Shown: positions 16,251-25,244 of the stretch, piece after piece
Layout: every line of letters starts with the position of its first letter
Numbering within the stretch: the first letter of the stretch is position 1
Source: a bacterium
Lineage (GTDB): Bacteria > Patescibacteriota > Patescibacteriia > Patescibacteriales > UBA12075
Reading direction: 5' to 3'
Length of the DNA: 64,000 bases
NCBI GenBank assembly: GCA_043820875.1
Contig: JBDRDI010000034.1
Location: forward strand, 11,318-75,317
Made by a program: the position numbers and the translations under genes
The notes under the pieces: generated by a model
Told to the model about the DNA's origin: nothing
Database searches by the model: none
What the model saw: only the letters and a program-made list of their open reading frames with translations

Positions 16251-17318
16251 ATGCCTTTATCAATCGGTATTGTTGGCTTACCCAATGTTGGTAAGTCCAC
16301 TTTATTTAACGTATTAACCAAGTCCAAGGCTGAAGCCGCGAATTATCCTTTTTGTACCATTGATCCCAATGTCGGCGTGGTAAAAGTTCCGGATGAACGC
16401 CTTGCAAAAATTGCGGCTGTTTCTCATCCGGCAAAAATAATTCCAACAGCCATAGATTTTGTGGATATTGCCGGGTTGGTTAAAGGCGCTCACGAAGGAG
16501 AAGGGCTTGGGAATAAGTTTTTGGCAAATATCCGCGAGTGTGACGCGATTTGTGAAGTGGTGCGAAATTTTGAAGACGGGAACATCATTCACGTTGCCGG
16601 AAAAATTGATCCGGAAAGTGACCGAGAAACAATTGGACTGGAACTTATTTTTGCTGACATGCAAACAGTCGGAAAACGATTGGACAAGACGATGAAGACG
16701 GTTAGGAGTGGCGATAAGGAAACATCTAAGCAAAAAGAGATTCTAGAAAAAATAAAAACGTTTTTGGAAGAAGGGCACCCTGTACGCGAAATGGAAGCAA
16801 ATTCGGAGCAAGAAGAAAAAGAAATAATAAAAAGTTTTCAGCTTTTGACGTCAAAGCCGATTATTTATGTTTTAAATATTAACGAGCATTCGGCGTCTCT
16901 GGCGAGCGAGTGGCAGAATGAAACGGTGCGAATGAATATAAAAATAGAAGAAGAAATTGCCAATTTGCCGGAAGATGAGCGTGCGGAATATGTGAAAGAG
17001 CTTGGTCTTGAAGAAAGCGGGACAGACAAACTCATCAAAGCTTCATACAAACTTCTCGGTCTCATTACTTTTTTTACGACCGGTACGGACGAAACCAGAG
17101 CTTGGACTTGTCAGCAAGGAGACACGGCGCCGATGGCAGCCGGTAAAATTCATACTGATTTTGAAAAAGGATTTATTCGCGCTGAAGTGATTGATTGGAA
17201 AAAATTCATTGAAACCGGCGGAGAGCAAGTCGCTCGCGAAAAAGGACTCTTAAGAATTGAAGGGAAAAGTTATTTTGTTCAAGATGGAGATATCTGCAAT
17301 TTTTTGGTTAATAAGTAA
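16251..17318 (+). CDS. ychF: Redox-regulated ATPase YchF
   Basis: GIVGLPNVGKSTLFN, DIAGLVKGA and a C-terminal TGS-like FIRAEV... Confidence 0.95.
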   Translation: MPLSIGIVGLPNVGKSTLFNVLTKSKAEAANYPFCTIDPNVGVVKVPDERLAKIAAVSHPAKIIPTAIDFVDIAGLVKGAHEGEGLGNKFLANIRECDAICEVVRNFEDGNIIHVAGKIDPESDRETIGLELIFADMQTVGKRLDKTMKTVRSGDKETSKQKEILEKIKTFLEEGHPVREMEANSEQEEKEIIKSFQLLTSKPIIYVLNINEHSASLASEWQNETVRMNIKIEEEIANLPEDERAEYVKELGLEESGTDKLIKASYKLLGLITFFTTGTDETRAWTCQQGDTAPMAAGKIHTDFEKGFIRAEVIDWKKFIETGGEQVAREKGLLRIEGKSYFVQDGDICNFLVNK

Positions 17319-17370
17319 AAAAAGAAACAAACTATTGACAATTTTTTAAAAATAGTTTAATGTTTATAAA

Positions 17371-17462
17371 CTGACATAGTGTGAAAGGTCCGTTTCTGAA
17401 TTCCCATGGTCCTCCAGTGTGCGCAAAGCTCTTTCTTTTTCACACTATGTCGGTCTTTTTTT
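17371..17462 (+). ncRNA. Candidate small RNA 1 (own promoter, 16-bp closing stem, T-run)
   Basis: TTGACA (17335-17340), 17 nt, TAATGT (17358-17363). The stem ctgacatagtgtgaaa/tttcacactatgtcgg encloses ~50 nt and is followed by T-rich 17454-17462. It could alternatively be an elaborate ychF terminator. Confidence 0.35.
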
Positions 17463-17502
17463 ATTCAAATTGACAATTTACATATAATATTTTAAGATAA
17501 TT

Positions 17503-17610
17503 ATGGCTGGCACGGTGAGGTAAATTGTGCCGGACACCTGCCATTGGCAATGGGTCTCCCGGGCCGAGCGAATTTTCGTTTATTTCCTCATTTTGTGCCG
17601 TGCCGGCCAT
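17503..17610 (+). ncRNA. Candidate small RNA 2 or cis-regulatory leader of the downstream ORF
   Basis: TTGACA (17470-17475), 17 nt, TAAGAT (17493-17498). A long closing stem atggctggcacggtg/tgtgccgtgccggccat encloses a GC-rich interior (ccattggcaatgg hairpin, cccgggcc). It ends 41 nt before ATG 17652. Confidence 0.35.
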
Positions 17611-17651
17611 TAATTTAAAATATATAACCTCGTTCTTTAAAAGGAGAAAGT

Positions 17652-18011
17652 ATGAGAGAAAATTCTCTTGATTTGATTATAACGTTAAGAGAAAAGATAA
17701 GCATTTTATTGTTTATGGAATCTGACTTCAGAGCAAAATCCGTGGATGGAGCAATAGATCGTTATATAAATTTATTTAGTAATCCAGACGCACAAGGAAT
17801 AAGAGATTTATATAAGCATATCATGTGTCAAGCATATTATATTGTATTAACAATGTTTTATATGGACTCTCCCGACGGTGATGATTTGAGGCGCGAAATA
17901 AGACACATTCTGGATTTGATAAGCGCGGCAAAAATAAAAAGCGACGTTGTGATGGAATTGTCGCCCTCTCTCGTCGTGTATGATTATTTACGTTATACAT
18001 TATTTGCTTGA
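17652..18011 (+). CDS. Hypothetical protein
   Basis: 119-aa ORF with a good SD (aaaggaga). No domain recognised. Confidence 0.5.
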   Translation: MRENSLDLIITLREKISILLFMESDFRAKSVDGAIDRYINLFSNPDAQGIRDLYKHIMCQAYYIVLTMFYMDSPDGDDLRREIRHILDLISAAKIKSDVVMELSPSLVVYDYLRYTLFA

Positions 18012-18034
18012 TTACATATTGTGAAGCAAGATTC

Positions 18035-18069
18035 AGCCCGAGAACGATAATGTTCGTCGGGCTTTTTTA
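18035..18069. terminator. Terminator between convergent genes
   Basis: agcccgagaac/gttcgtcgggct stem followed by T6. Confidence 0.65.
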
Positions 18070-18078
18070 TTATTTTTA

Positions 18079-19245
18079 TTATTGCATCAGCACAATTTCT
18101 CTCCAAACTTTTTGTCTGGGACGTCCATAAACAATTGTGTTGCGCGCGGTGAGCACGATATTTTTTGAATTGAGAAGAGAGTCGGGAACTGAGTTTATAA
18201 TTTTAAATCCGTTTAAGTCCGGATTGATAAAATATTTATTAAAAAATACGGGAAAAATTATTGCGATTCGCCCATTGTTTTTTATTATTTTTTTAAATTC
18301 TTTTAAGGCGCGAGAATATAAAATTTCCAATTCTTTGATTTGTTTTTGTAAATCAACTTTTCCTCTTTGCTGACCAAGGTATGGCTCAGTCACGATAATA
18401 TCAACCGAATTTGGCTTAAGCTTTCTTGAAATTTCAGTCGCGTTGATATTAAATAATTGTAAATGTATTTTTTTCAAATTCGTAGTGTCGGAATTTTGTT
18501 TAATCCATTCTATATTTTTTTTCGTATCGCTGATTGCTTTTTCAGAAATATCCGAACCGATTAAATTTTCAAACCCCGCGAGCAGAGCCTCGGTAAGAAT
18601 CGTTCCTGAGCCGCAAAATGGATCAAGTAAGATTTTGTTTTTTAAATCAGCGCCGGATAAATTAATCATAATTTGAGCAAGTTTTGGCGGCAACATGCCG
18701 GATCTGTCATCACGAGCAGGACGGCCGTAATCTCTTTTTGATAATTCTTTGAATGGCTGGACTGCCGATGTTTTACCAATTAATAATTTATAGCCGTCTT
18801 CAATCAAAACAATTTCAGCTCCACTTGATGTTAATTTATTTTGTTCAACCACCACGCTTGATAATGTTTTTTCTTTGCTAATAACCCATCTGCAACTTAT
18901 ATTATTTTCGCGCAAATATTTTTTTACTTCCATGGCAATGGATTTGAAATTAAATTTTTTATGACCATAATAAGAAAATCCAAATTTAAATTTTCCATTT
19001 TTTGGATCCAGTAATTTAATGACTTCTTTTATTATTTCATTTTTGTTTTCAGCGCTTGTTTTGCTTTCAATTTTACCGATTTTAATTACCCCGCCCATTT
19101 TTTTGATTGAATCTTTGGCATTGATTTTATTTTCTGTTTCAATAATATAAACAGTATCCAAAATTTTCCCGCTCATGCCAAAGACGGCAGATATTTCAGC
19201 GACAGACAAGGTCGGGTTGTTTCCGAGTGTAAAAAAGTATTGCAT
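18079..19245 (-). CDS. SAM-dependent RNA (likely tRNA/rRNA guanine-N2 type) methyltransferase
   Basis: PARDDRSGMLPPKLAQIMINLSG, LLDPFCGSGTILTEA and IVTEPYLG resemble the Trm11/UPF0020-like family. Confidence 0.65.
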   Translation of the reverse strand: MQYFFTLGNNPTLSVAEISAVFGMSGKILDTVYIIETENKINAKDSIKKMGGVIKIGKIESKTSAENKNEIIKEVIKLLDPKNGKFKFGFSYYGHKKFNFKSIAMEVKKYLRENNISCRWVISKEKTLSSVVVEQNKLTSSGAEIVLIEDGYKLLIGKTSAVQPFKELSKRDYGRPARDDRSGMLPPKLAQIMINLSGADLKNKILLDPFCGSGTILTEALLAGFENLIGSDISEKAISDTKKNIEWIKQNSDTTNLKKIHLQLFNINATEISRKLKPNSVDIIVTEPYLGQQRGKVDLQKQIKELEILYSRALKEFKKIIKNNGRIAIIFPVFFNKYFINPDLNGFKIINSVPDSLLNSKNIVLTARNTIVYGRPRQKVWREIVLMQ

Positions 19246-19382
19246 AAAGGTTTGTAATCATTATACAAATAAGAAAATTAAAAGTCCAATACGCGCCTCT
19301 TGCCAAATTTTTTTTTGCATGCTAACATGAAAACACAGTTAAATATATTTTACCTTTCCCATATTGTCTTTTAAAAGATAAT

Positions 19383-19460
19383 GGTTATTGAAAACAAAAA
19401 AATAACCAAAGGTATTCTCAAAATAAACTCCTAATGTTAGAGAATACTTGGGAGTTTTTT
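19383..19460 (+). promoter_or_regulatory. Structured 5' leader of rpsF (candidate ribosomal-protein autoregulatory leader)
   Basis: Hairpin at 19383-19407. Two further stems are interleaved: gtattctc/gagaatac (19412-19419 with 19440-19447) and aaactcc/ggagttt plus a T-run (19425-19431 with 19451-19460). Confidence 0.3.
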
Positions 19461-19472
19461 ATTTATAATATT

Positions 19473-19994
19473 ATGTCAAAAACGAAAAAATCAACAATTC
19501 CTCACTATGAGCTTTTGTATATTATTCCGAATAAATATACAGAAGAAGAATTAAAGCCCATGATCGCAAAAATCCATAAAATGATTACGGATTGTGGCGG
19601 TGAAATTACTTTTAGCGAGGAGTGGGGAAACAAAAAGTTGGCTTATACAATCAAAAAGTTCACCAACGGATATTATAATTTGGTTGAGTTTAATTTGGCC
19701 GGAGATAAAATTTCCAAAATTGACCGAGATTTGCGAATGTCAGGAGAAATAATCAGGCACATGATTGTCTCCAGAGTTCTTAGAACCGAGGAAGAAATCC
19801 AAGAAGGAAAAAGAATTGAAAAAGAAAGACGAGATTCTGAAAAAATGAAAGCGGCTCAAGAAAAGCAGGAGGAAAAAAAGGTCGTAAAAAAAGTGGTAAA
19901 AAAAGAAGAAAAAGAAGAGGTGAAGAAAAAAGTTGACTTGAAAGATTTGGACGAGAAGTTGGATAAGATTTTGGAGTCTGACGATTTATTATAA
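19473..19994 (+). CDS. rpsF: 30S ribosomal protein S6 with a K/E-rich C-terminal extension
   Basis: HYELLYIIPNKY...EWGNKKLAYTIKK...GYYNLVEF. The ORF-track start at 19434 lies in the leader hairpin, so Met at 19473 was chosen. Confidence 0.85.
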   Translation: MSKTKKSTIPHYELLYIIPNKYTEEELKPMIAKIHKMITDCGGEITFSEEWGNKKLAYTIKKFTNGYYNLVEFNLAGDKISKIDRDLRMSGEIIRHMIVSRVLRTEEEIQEGKRIEKERRDSEKMKAAQEKQEEKKVVKKVVKKEEKEEVKKKVDLKDLDEKLDKILESDDLL

Positions 19995-20050
19995 TTTTAA
20001 TTAATATCTTGATATTTGCATAAGGGGATCAAAGTCAAGAAAACAAAGTT

Positions 20051-20521
20051 ATGAATTTAAACAAAGCTATGCTTATCGGAAACCTGACCAGGGATCCGGA
20101 AATCAGGAATATTCCTTCGGGAATTCCGGTCGCCTCTTTTGCGATTGCCACAAATTCTGTTTGGAAAGATCAATCCGGGCAAAAGCAAGAAAGAGCGGAT
20201 TTTCACAATATCGTTGCTTGGAGAAGATTGGCGGAAATTTGCGGACAATATTTAAAAAAGGGATCAAAGGTTTATATTGAAGGCCGTTTGCAAACCAGAG
20301 ATTGGGTTGGGCAAGATGGCGTGAAAAAATACCGAACTGAAATTATCGCGGAAAATATGATTATGCTTGATCGTGTTGGAGCTTCATCTGCGGAAGGATC
20401 AAACTATCAAGCACCGGCACCTTCTCAGGAGAGCGAACCGGTAATAAATATTGATGAGCCTGGAATCGGCGATATCAATCCGGCTGAAGACGAAATCAAA
20501 GTAGAGAATATCCCCTTTTAA
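20051..20521 (+). CDS. ssb: Single-stranded DNA-binding protein
   Basis: [18 protein letters not shown], an OB fold and an acidic C-terminal tip ...ENIPF. Confidence 0.95.
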   Translation: MNLNKAMLIGNLTRDPEIRNIPSGIPVASFAIATNSVWKDQSGQKQERADFHNIVAWRRLAEICGQYLKKGSKVYIEGRLQTRDWVGQDGVKKYRTEIIAENMIMLDRVGASSAEGSNYQAPAPSQESEPVINIDEPGIGDINPAEDEIKVENIPF

Positions 20522-20550
20522 GTATAGATGATAGAAAATAAAAAATATTT

Positions 20551-20769
20551 ATGGAAAAAAATAAAGAAAAAAAATTTTGTTATTTTTGCAAACAAGGCAT
20601 AGAGGGTATTGACTATAAAGATACTCACATGTTGAGGCAGTTTATAAATGTTTATAAAAAAATACTGCCAAGCAAAAGAACGGGTGTCTGTTCTTGGCAC
20701 CAGAGAAAATTGTCTATGGCTGTAAAAAGGTCGCGGACCATGGCGTTATTGCCTTTTACCAATAAATAA
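20551..20769 (+). CDS. rpsR: 30S ribosomal protein S18
   Basis: CYFCKQGIEGIDYKD...LRQFI...ILPSKRTGVCSWHQRKLSMAVKRSR. Confidence 0.9.
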   Translation: MEKNKEKKFCYFCKQGIEGIDYKDTHMLRQFINVYKKILPSKRTGVCSWHQRKLSMAVKRSRTMALLPFTNK

Positions 20770-20775
20770 GACAGT

Positions 20776-21333
20776 ATGTTAAGTCTAAGCGAAATAAAAA
20801 CAGGACGAGTTGTTTTGGTGAATAAAGAACCATATTTAATCATCAAAACCGACCATCATAAAATGGGTCGCGGCGGTGCCGTGTTGAAAGTAAAATTAAA
20901 GAACTTGATCAACGGTAAAGTTTTGGAAAGAACTTTTCAGGGGAGTGAAAAAGCCGAAGAAGCGGATACCAAAGAAAAGAAAGCGAATTTCATGTATAAG
21001 GATGAGGAGAACGCGCATTTTATGGACAATGAAAGTTTTGAACAATTTTTTGTGCCGTTGGAGCAGATAGGAGACAAGCAAAAATTTTTAAAAGAAGGAA
21101 CAGACGTTGATGTTCTATATTTTGAGGGAAACCCCGTGGCGATCAATTTGCCAATTAAAATTGATTTAAAGGTCGTGTCCGCTCCTCCCGGAGTAAAAGG
21201 AAATACGGCGGGCAATGTGACCAAACAAATAGAGTTGGAAACAGGCGCGATTATCAACGCCCCGTTGTTCATCAACGAAGGCGATACAATTAAAATCAAT
21301 ACTGATACGGAGGAGTACGTAGAAAGAGCATAA
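20776..21333 (+). CDS. efp: Elongation factor P
   Basis: 185 aa. The KOW-like N-domain and two OB domains follow the typical EF-P pattern. Confidence 0.9.
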   Translation: MLSLSEIKTGRVVLVNKEPYLIIKTDHHKMGRGGAVLKVKLKNLINGKVLERTFQGSEKAEEADTKEKKANFMYKDEENAHFMDNESFEQFFVPLEQIGDKQKFLKEGTDVDVLYFEGNPVAINLPIKIDLKVVSAPPGVKGNTAGNVTKQIELETGAIINAPLFINEGDTIKINTDTEEYVERA

Positions 21334-21344
21334 CGGAATAATAA

Positions 21345-21376
21345 AAAGAGACGGGTTTTAAACCCGTCTCTTTTTA
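21345..21376. terminator. Bidirectional terminator between efp and recA
   Basis: agagacgggttt/aaacccgtctct stem flanked by an A-run and a T-run. Confidence 0.75.
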
Positions 21377-21395
21377 TTATTGATAATTTTTTTAT

Positions 21396-22460
21396 TTATT
21401 CTACCACTTCTATGGATTTTATTTCTGAGATAATTCTTTTTCGTATTTCTTTCATTAATTTTTTGTCGGCTCTTAAAAATCTTTTAGCAGTTTCTCGGCC
21501 CACACCCAGTTTTATGTCTTCAAAGCTGTATGAATTTCCATTTTTTTTCACAACATTATGGACAACAGCCAAATCAAGTAAATCTCCGGAAACAGAAATA
21601 CCTTCATTATACATAATATCAAATTCACAAGTTCTGAATGGCGCGGCCACTTTGTTTTTTACTATTTTTACTTTGACCCGATTGCCGATTATTCTTTCAC
21701 CTTGTTTTATTTGCGCTGATCGTCTTACTTCAATTCGTACTGAGCTATAAAATTTCAAAGCATTACCGCCGGTAGTGGTTTCCGGGTTGCCGAAAAATAC
21801 GCCAATTTTTTGTCTGGTTTGATTGATAAAAATCACTACTGTTTTGGTTCTGGCAATGGCGCCGGTAAGTTTGCGAAGCGCTTGGCTCATCAAGCGCGCT
21901 TGTAGGCCCATGTGTTGATCGCCCATTTCGCCTTCAATCTCTCTTTGAGGAACAAGAGCCGCGACGCTGTCTATCACCACGACGTCAATAGCATTGGACC
22001 TGACAAGCGTTTCTACAATTTCCAAAGCTTGTTCACCAGTGTCGGGCTGGGAAATAATCAAGTCTTTTGTGTTGATTCCTATTTTGGCGGCATAGTCCGG
22101 ATCAAGCGCGTGTTCCGCGTCCACAAAAGCGGCAATGCCGCCCAATTTTTGAACTTCGGCGATAATATGTTGGGCAAGAGTTGTCTTGCCGGACGCTTCT
22201 GGGCCGTAAATCTCAATGATTCTTCCGCGTGGTACCCCGCCGATTCCCAAGGCAAGATCCAAAGATAGACAACCCGATGGAACAGCGTCCACGTCAACTT
22301 TCCGAGCCTCACCGAATTTCATGATTGAACCTTCGCCAAATCTTGTTTTAATTTGGTCCATGGCCGACATCGCCGCTTCCAGTTTTTCACCTGATTCTTT
22401 TTTGTTTTCCGCGTTGTTTGTTTCTTCTTCTGATGATTTTTGCTTGTTTTTTTCAGTCAT
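21396..22460 (-). CDS. recA: Recombinase RecA
   Basis: [27 protein letters not shown] and [12 protein letters not shown]. Confidence 0.98.
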   Translation of the reverse strand: MTEKNKQKSSEEETNNAENKKESGEKLEAAMSAMDQIKTRFGEGSIMKFGEARKVDVDAVPSGCLSLDLALGIGGVPRGRIIEIYGPEASGKTTLAQHIIAEVQKLGGIAAFVDAEHALDPDYAAKIGINTKDLIISQPDTGEQALEIVETLVRSNAIDVVVIDSVAALVPQREIEGEMGDQHMGLQARLMSQALRKLTGAIARTKTVVIFINQTRQKIGVFFGNPETTTGGNALKFYSSVRIEVRRSAQIKQGERIIGNRVKVKIVKNKVAAPFRTCEFDIMYNEGISVSGDLLDLAVVHNVVKKNGNSYSFEDIKLGVGRETAKRFLRADKKLMKEIRKRIISEIKSIEVVE

Positions 22461-22578
22461 ATAATATGTTTTATTTATTAATTATTTATGTGTAATATCA
22501 GAAATTAAAAAAAAGGGTCTGCCCTTCCCTCCCAATCTTTATTTTTTTTATTTTATACCATTTCCTCAAAAATTGCAA

Positions 22579-23244
22579 TTAACGTACAAATATGTTTTTT
22601 ATGATAATATTTTTTTTACTGTATTTTTTTTGAGCCACGATATCAAGCGTATTAACACCATTTTTCAAGTTTATTTTTTCCGCGAAAAATCCATTTTTAT
22701 CAATCAGCACCGGAGCATCGTTTATGGTTATGGATGCCATTGGATCGGTTTTGCCTTGGATTAAAATATTATTTTCGTTCGTGGCGTAATTATCTTCAAG
22801 ATTATAAACAATTAAATTTGGAGGAGTAATAATTTTTTTTACATAAAATCCAATATAAAATACGCAAACGGAAACCAAAAAGACAATTAAAATATTGTTA
22901 ATTATTTTTGGTAAAGCTAAAAAATAAGAAGCATGGGGAATTTTTTTTGAAAATAAATTTTTATTTTTATTTTTTATTTTTGTTTCTTCATCAAAAAGAT
23001 TTATGAGTTCATCCGGATTTATATTCAGAAGACAGGCATATTCGCGCAAAAAATTTTTTCCATAAAGTCCCTTGGGAAGTTCGCTAAAATTTCCACTTTC
23101 CAAAGCTTGAAGATATTTTATATTGATATGAAGTTTTGCGGCGGCTTTTTTTAAATCTATTTTCTTTTCTTTTCGCGCGTCAATAAGCCGTTTTGAAATT
23201 ATTTCTTTGCCGGCTGTGATTTTATTTAAAGTAAATGAGTCCAT
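22579..23244 (-). CDS. RodZ-like HTH membrane protein
   Basis: HTH segment IDLKKAAAKLHINIKYLQALESGNFSELP, followed by a TM helix and an extracellular tail. The start was moved to the internal Met to avoid overlap. Confidence 0.55.
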   Translation of the reverse strand: MDSFTLNKITAGKEIISKRLIDARKEKKIDLKKAAAKLHINIKYLQALESGNFSELPKGLYGKNFLREYACLLNINPDELINLFDEETKIKNKNKNLFSKKIPHASYFLALPKIINNILIVFLVSVCVFYIGFYVKKIITPPNLIVYNLEDNYATNENNILIQGKTDPMASITINDAPVLIDKNGFFAEKINLKNGVNTLDIVAQKKYSKKNIIIKNIFVR

Positions 23245-23267
23245 AAAAGTGAAAAGCAAAAATCGTT

Positions 23268-23693
23268 TTATCGAAATCCTCCGGTAGTGTCCCATCCCCA
23301 GCTTAATCCAAAAGTATCAAAGACATAGCCGATAATTATGTAACTTGTAAAAACAATAATCATGCCGATGACCGCTCCAACAATGATATTTTTTCCTTTT
23401 TCCACGCTTTGGTTGTTGCCGGCCGAAGTCATTAATGTGAAGCCGCCGAAAATAAACGCGAGTAAAACCAAAGAACCTGTAATGCCCATTATTATTTGGG
23501 CGCCTCTGGCCACAATAACCATAAAGTCGTTCAATTGGCAGTCGCCGGTTTCAACGCATCCGGCTGAATATTGTTCACCGCTACCACCTCTGTCAAAGAT
23601 TGACGGCAAGGCCGCGTAAGAGTAGCTTAATGGGATAAGGAGCATGAATGCTAGTAACGGAATAATTATAAGTTTTAATTTATTATTTTTCAT
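23268..23693 (-). CDS. TrbC/VirB2-like pilin-type small membrane protein
   Basis: Signal peptide plus two hydrophobic helices separated by a short loop (SAGNNQSVEKGK), ~140 aa, an architecture common in CPR genomes. Confidence 0.45.
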   Translation of the reverse strand: MKNNKLKLIIIPLLAFMLLIPLSYSYAALPSIFDRGGSGEQYSAGCVETGDCQLNDFMVIVARGAQIIMGITGSLVLLAFIFGGFTLMTSAGNNQSVEKGKNIIVGAVIGMIIVFTSYIIIGYVFDTFGLSWGWDTTGGFR

Positions 23694-23709
23694 GAAAATA
23701 ATATTTAAT

Positions 23710-25164
23710 TTATTTTATGGTTTGTTGCACCTTGGCCGCGCTCAAAGAAAGAATTTCCGGAAGTTGAGAGGCTTGTATCTCCTGAACATCATCAATCATT
23801 TCTTTTATAATGGTTTCGGCGGCATTGGCATCAGCTCCTTTGTACCAGCTTTTAGCTGTAAGGGCTTGGCCGGCGAATATTCCGATATCCGGATCATCAA
23901 TTTGGTCGTTAATTATTTCGCGCAAGGCAGTCGGTTTTTTTACTTTGGCAAGATATTTTTGCACTTCTGTTTTTTGGGAAATGAATCTTATAAAATCCCA
24001 GGCCGCCTCTTGCTTTACTCTCGCGTAATCAGAACCCTGCTTTAAATTTTCCGGATTGGTTAAAATTTTATTTGAAACCGCCTCCACCCAATAGTTGGCA
24101 AAATTAATAGTTTGGTTATTTTCCGGTATTTGAGGCAGTTTAGAAATCGCAAAATTCAATTTTGGTGCATTTGCTTTTATTTGCGGAAGCATATACGCGT
24201 ACCCGAACATCATGGCCAATTTTCCTTGAATGAAAAGGTTGAGTGAGTTGTCCAGCGTATTATTCCAGCTATAAACTTCTTTGGCCGGATTCGCAAAGTC
24301 TGAGTAAAATCGTAGAGCATCCAGGCCCGGATTAAAGTTTTTGTCTTTAAAGTCCGGAGGCGTTGTGTGAAACATGATTGTTTGTTGGTCACTCATCATT
24401 ACTGTTCCATTTTGCATCATCAGGGCTGACAAGATATCGGTTGATCGATCAATGTTGTTTCCTCCGCCCATTGCCACTCCTGCTTGTATTATTTCTCCTT
24501 TATTATTTTGTTTGGTTAATTTTTTAACATCTTGTTGAAATTCTCTGTCCCAATACTCCGGAGGCGTTGAAATTCCAGCATTATTGAATAAATTTTTATT
24601 ATAATAAAGCGCCAAGGTGTCAACAAAGAGAGGGAGACCGTAAATACCCTCGGAATATTGTTGTGTTTCCGCGTCTTTTGTTCTGATTACAACGTCATTG
24701 TAGACAACATCAATAAAATCCGTTTTTAATTTTGTGGTACTGAACTTTGTGGTGACTTTTTTATATTCCACGTCTTTTTTTACGCTTCCAGTGACCGTTG
24801 GAATTATTGTGGTGATTGTCGTCGGCATCGGTGAAATCAAATTTTTTCCCTGATATTTTCTTGTCCAAGTATTGTGGATTGAAAAAATATCCGGTCCTCG
24901 GTCAGTGGCAAAAGCTTCAATCAGTTCTCTTTCGTATTCCGAGTATTCAAGTTTGCGGTAATTTATTTTGATATTCGGATGCAATGCCTGATATTCGCCA
25001 ATCAGACCTTGTAAAGCATCTGTGTCGTCCCAAACTTTCCAATAATTAAGTTCGATGGGTTGCATTTTTAATGCCACTTCGGGATCAATGGTGTTTTTGC
25101 ACTTAAAGCCGGAAGTGGCTAGAAAAGTGAAAATCAAAAGAATTGAAGTAAGTTTAATTTTCAT
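23710..25164 (-). CDS. ABC transporter extracellular solute-binding protein (sugar type)
   Basis: 484 aa with an N-terminal signal and a family-1 SBP-like sequence pattern. No permease or ATPase genes are adjacent. Confidence 0.75.
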   Translation of the reverse strand: MKIKLTSILLIFTFLATSGFKCKNTIDPEVALKMQPIELNYWKVWDDTDALQGLIGEYQALHPNIKINYRKLEYSEYERELIEAFATDRGPDIFSIHNTWTRKYQGKNLISPMPTTITTIIPTVTGSVKKDVEYKKVTTKFSTTKLKTDFIDVVYNDVVIRTKDAETQQYSEGIYGLPLFVDTLALYYNKNLFNNAGISTPPEYWDREFQQDVKKLTKQNNKGEIIQAGVAMGGGNNIDRSTDILSALMMQNGTVMMSDQQTIMFHTTPPDFKDKNFNPGLDALRFYSDFANPAKEVYSWNNTLDNSLNLFIQGKLAMMFGYAYMLPQIKANAPKLNFAISKLPQIPENNQTINFANYWVEAVSNKILTNPENLKQGSDYARVKQEAAWDFIRFISQKTEVQKYLAKVKKPTALREIINDQIDDPDIGIFAGQALTAKSWYKGADANAAETIIKEMIDDVQEIQASQLPEILSLSAAKVQQTIK

Positions 25165-25244
25165 ATTTAAAAAGTTAATTCTATTCTATCCATAATTATA
25201 GCAAATATAATGTTTAGTTGCCAGTGGCGAATTTAGGATATGTT

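Noticed and set aside
17371-17610. Identification of the two structured units as SRP (4.5S) RNA, RNase P RNA or 6S RNA
   Set aside because: I could not find the SRP GGAA-tetraloop/AGCA motif context, the RNase P GAGGAAAGUCCGGGC and ACAGAA boxes are absent, and the sizes do not fit. They are left as unclassified candidates.
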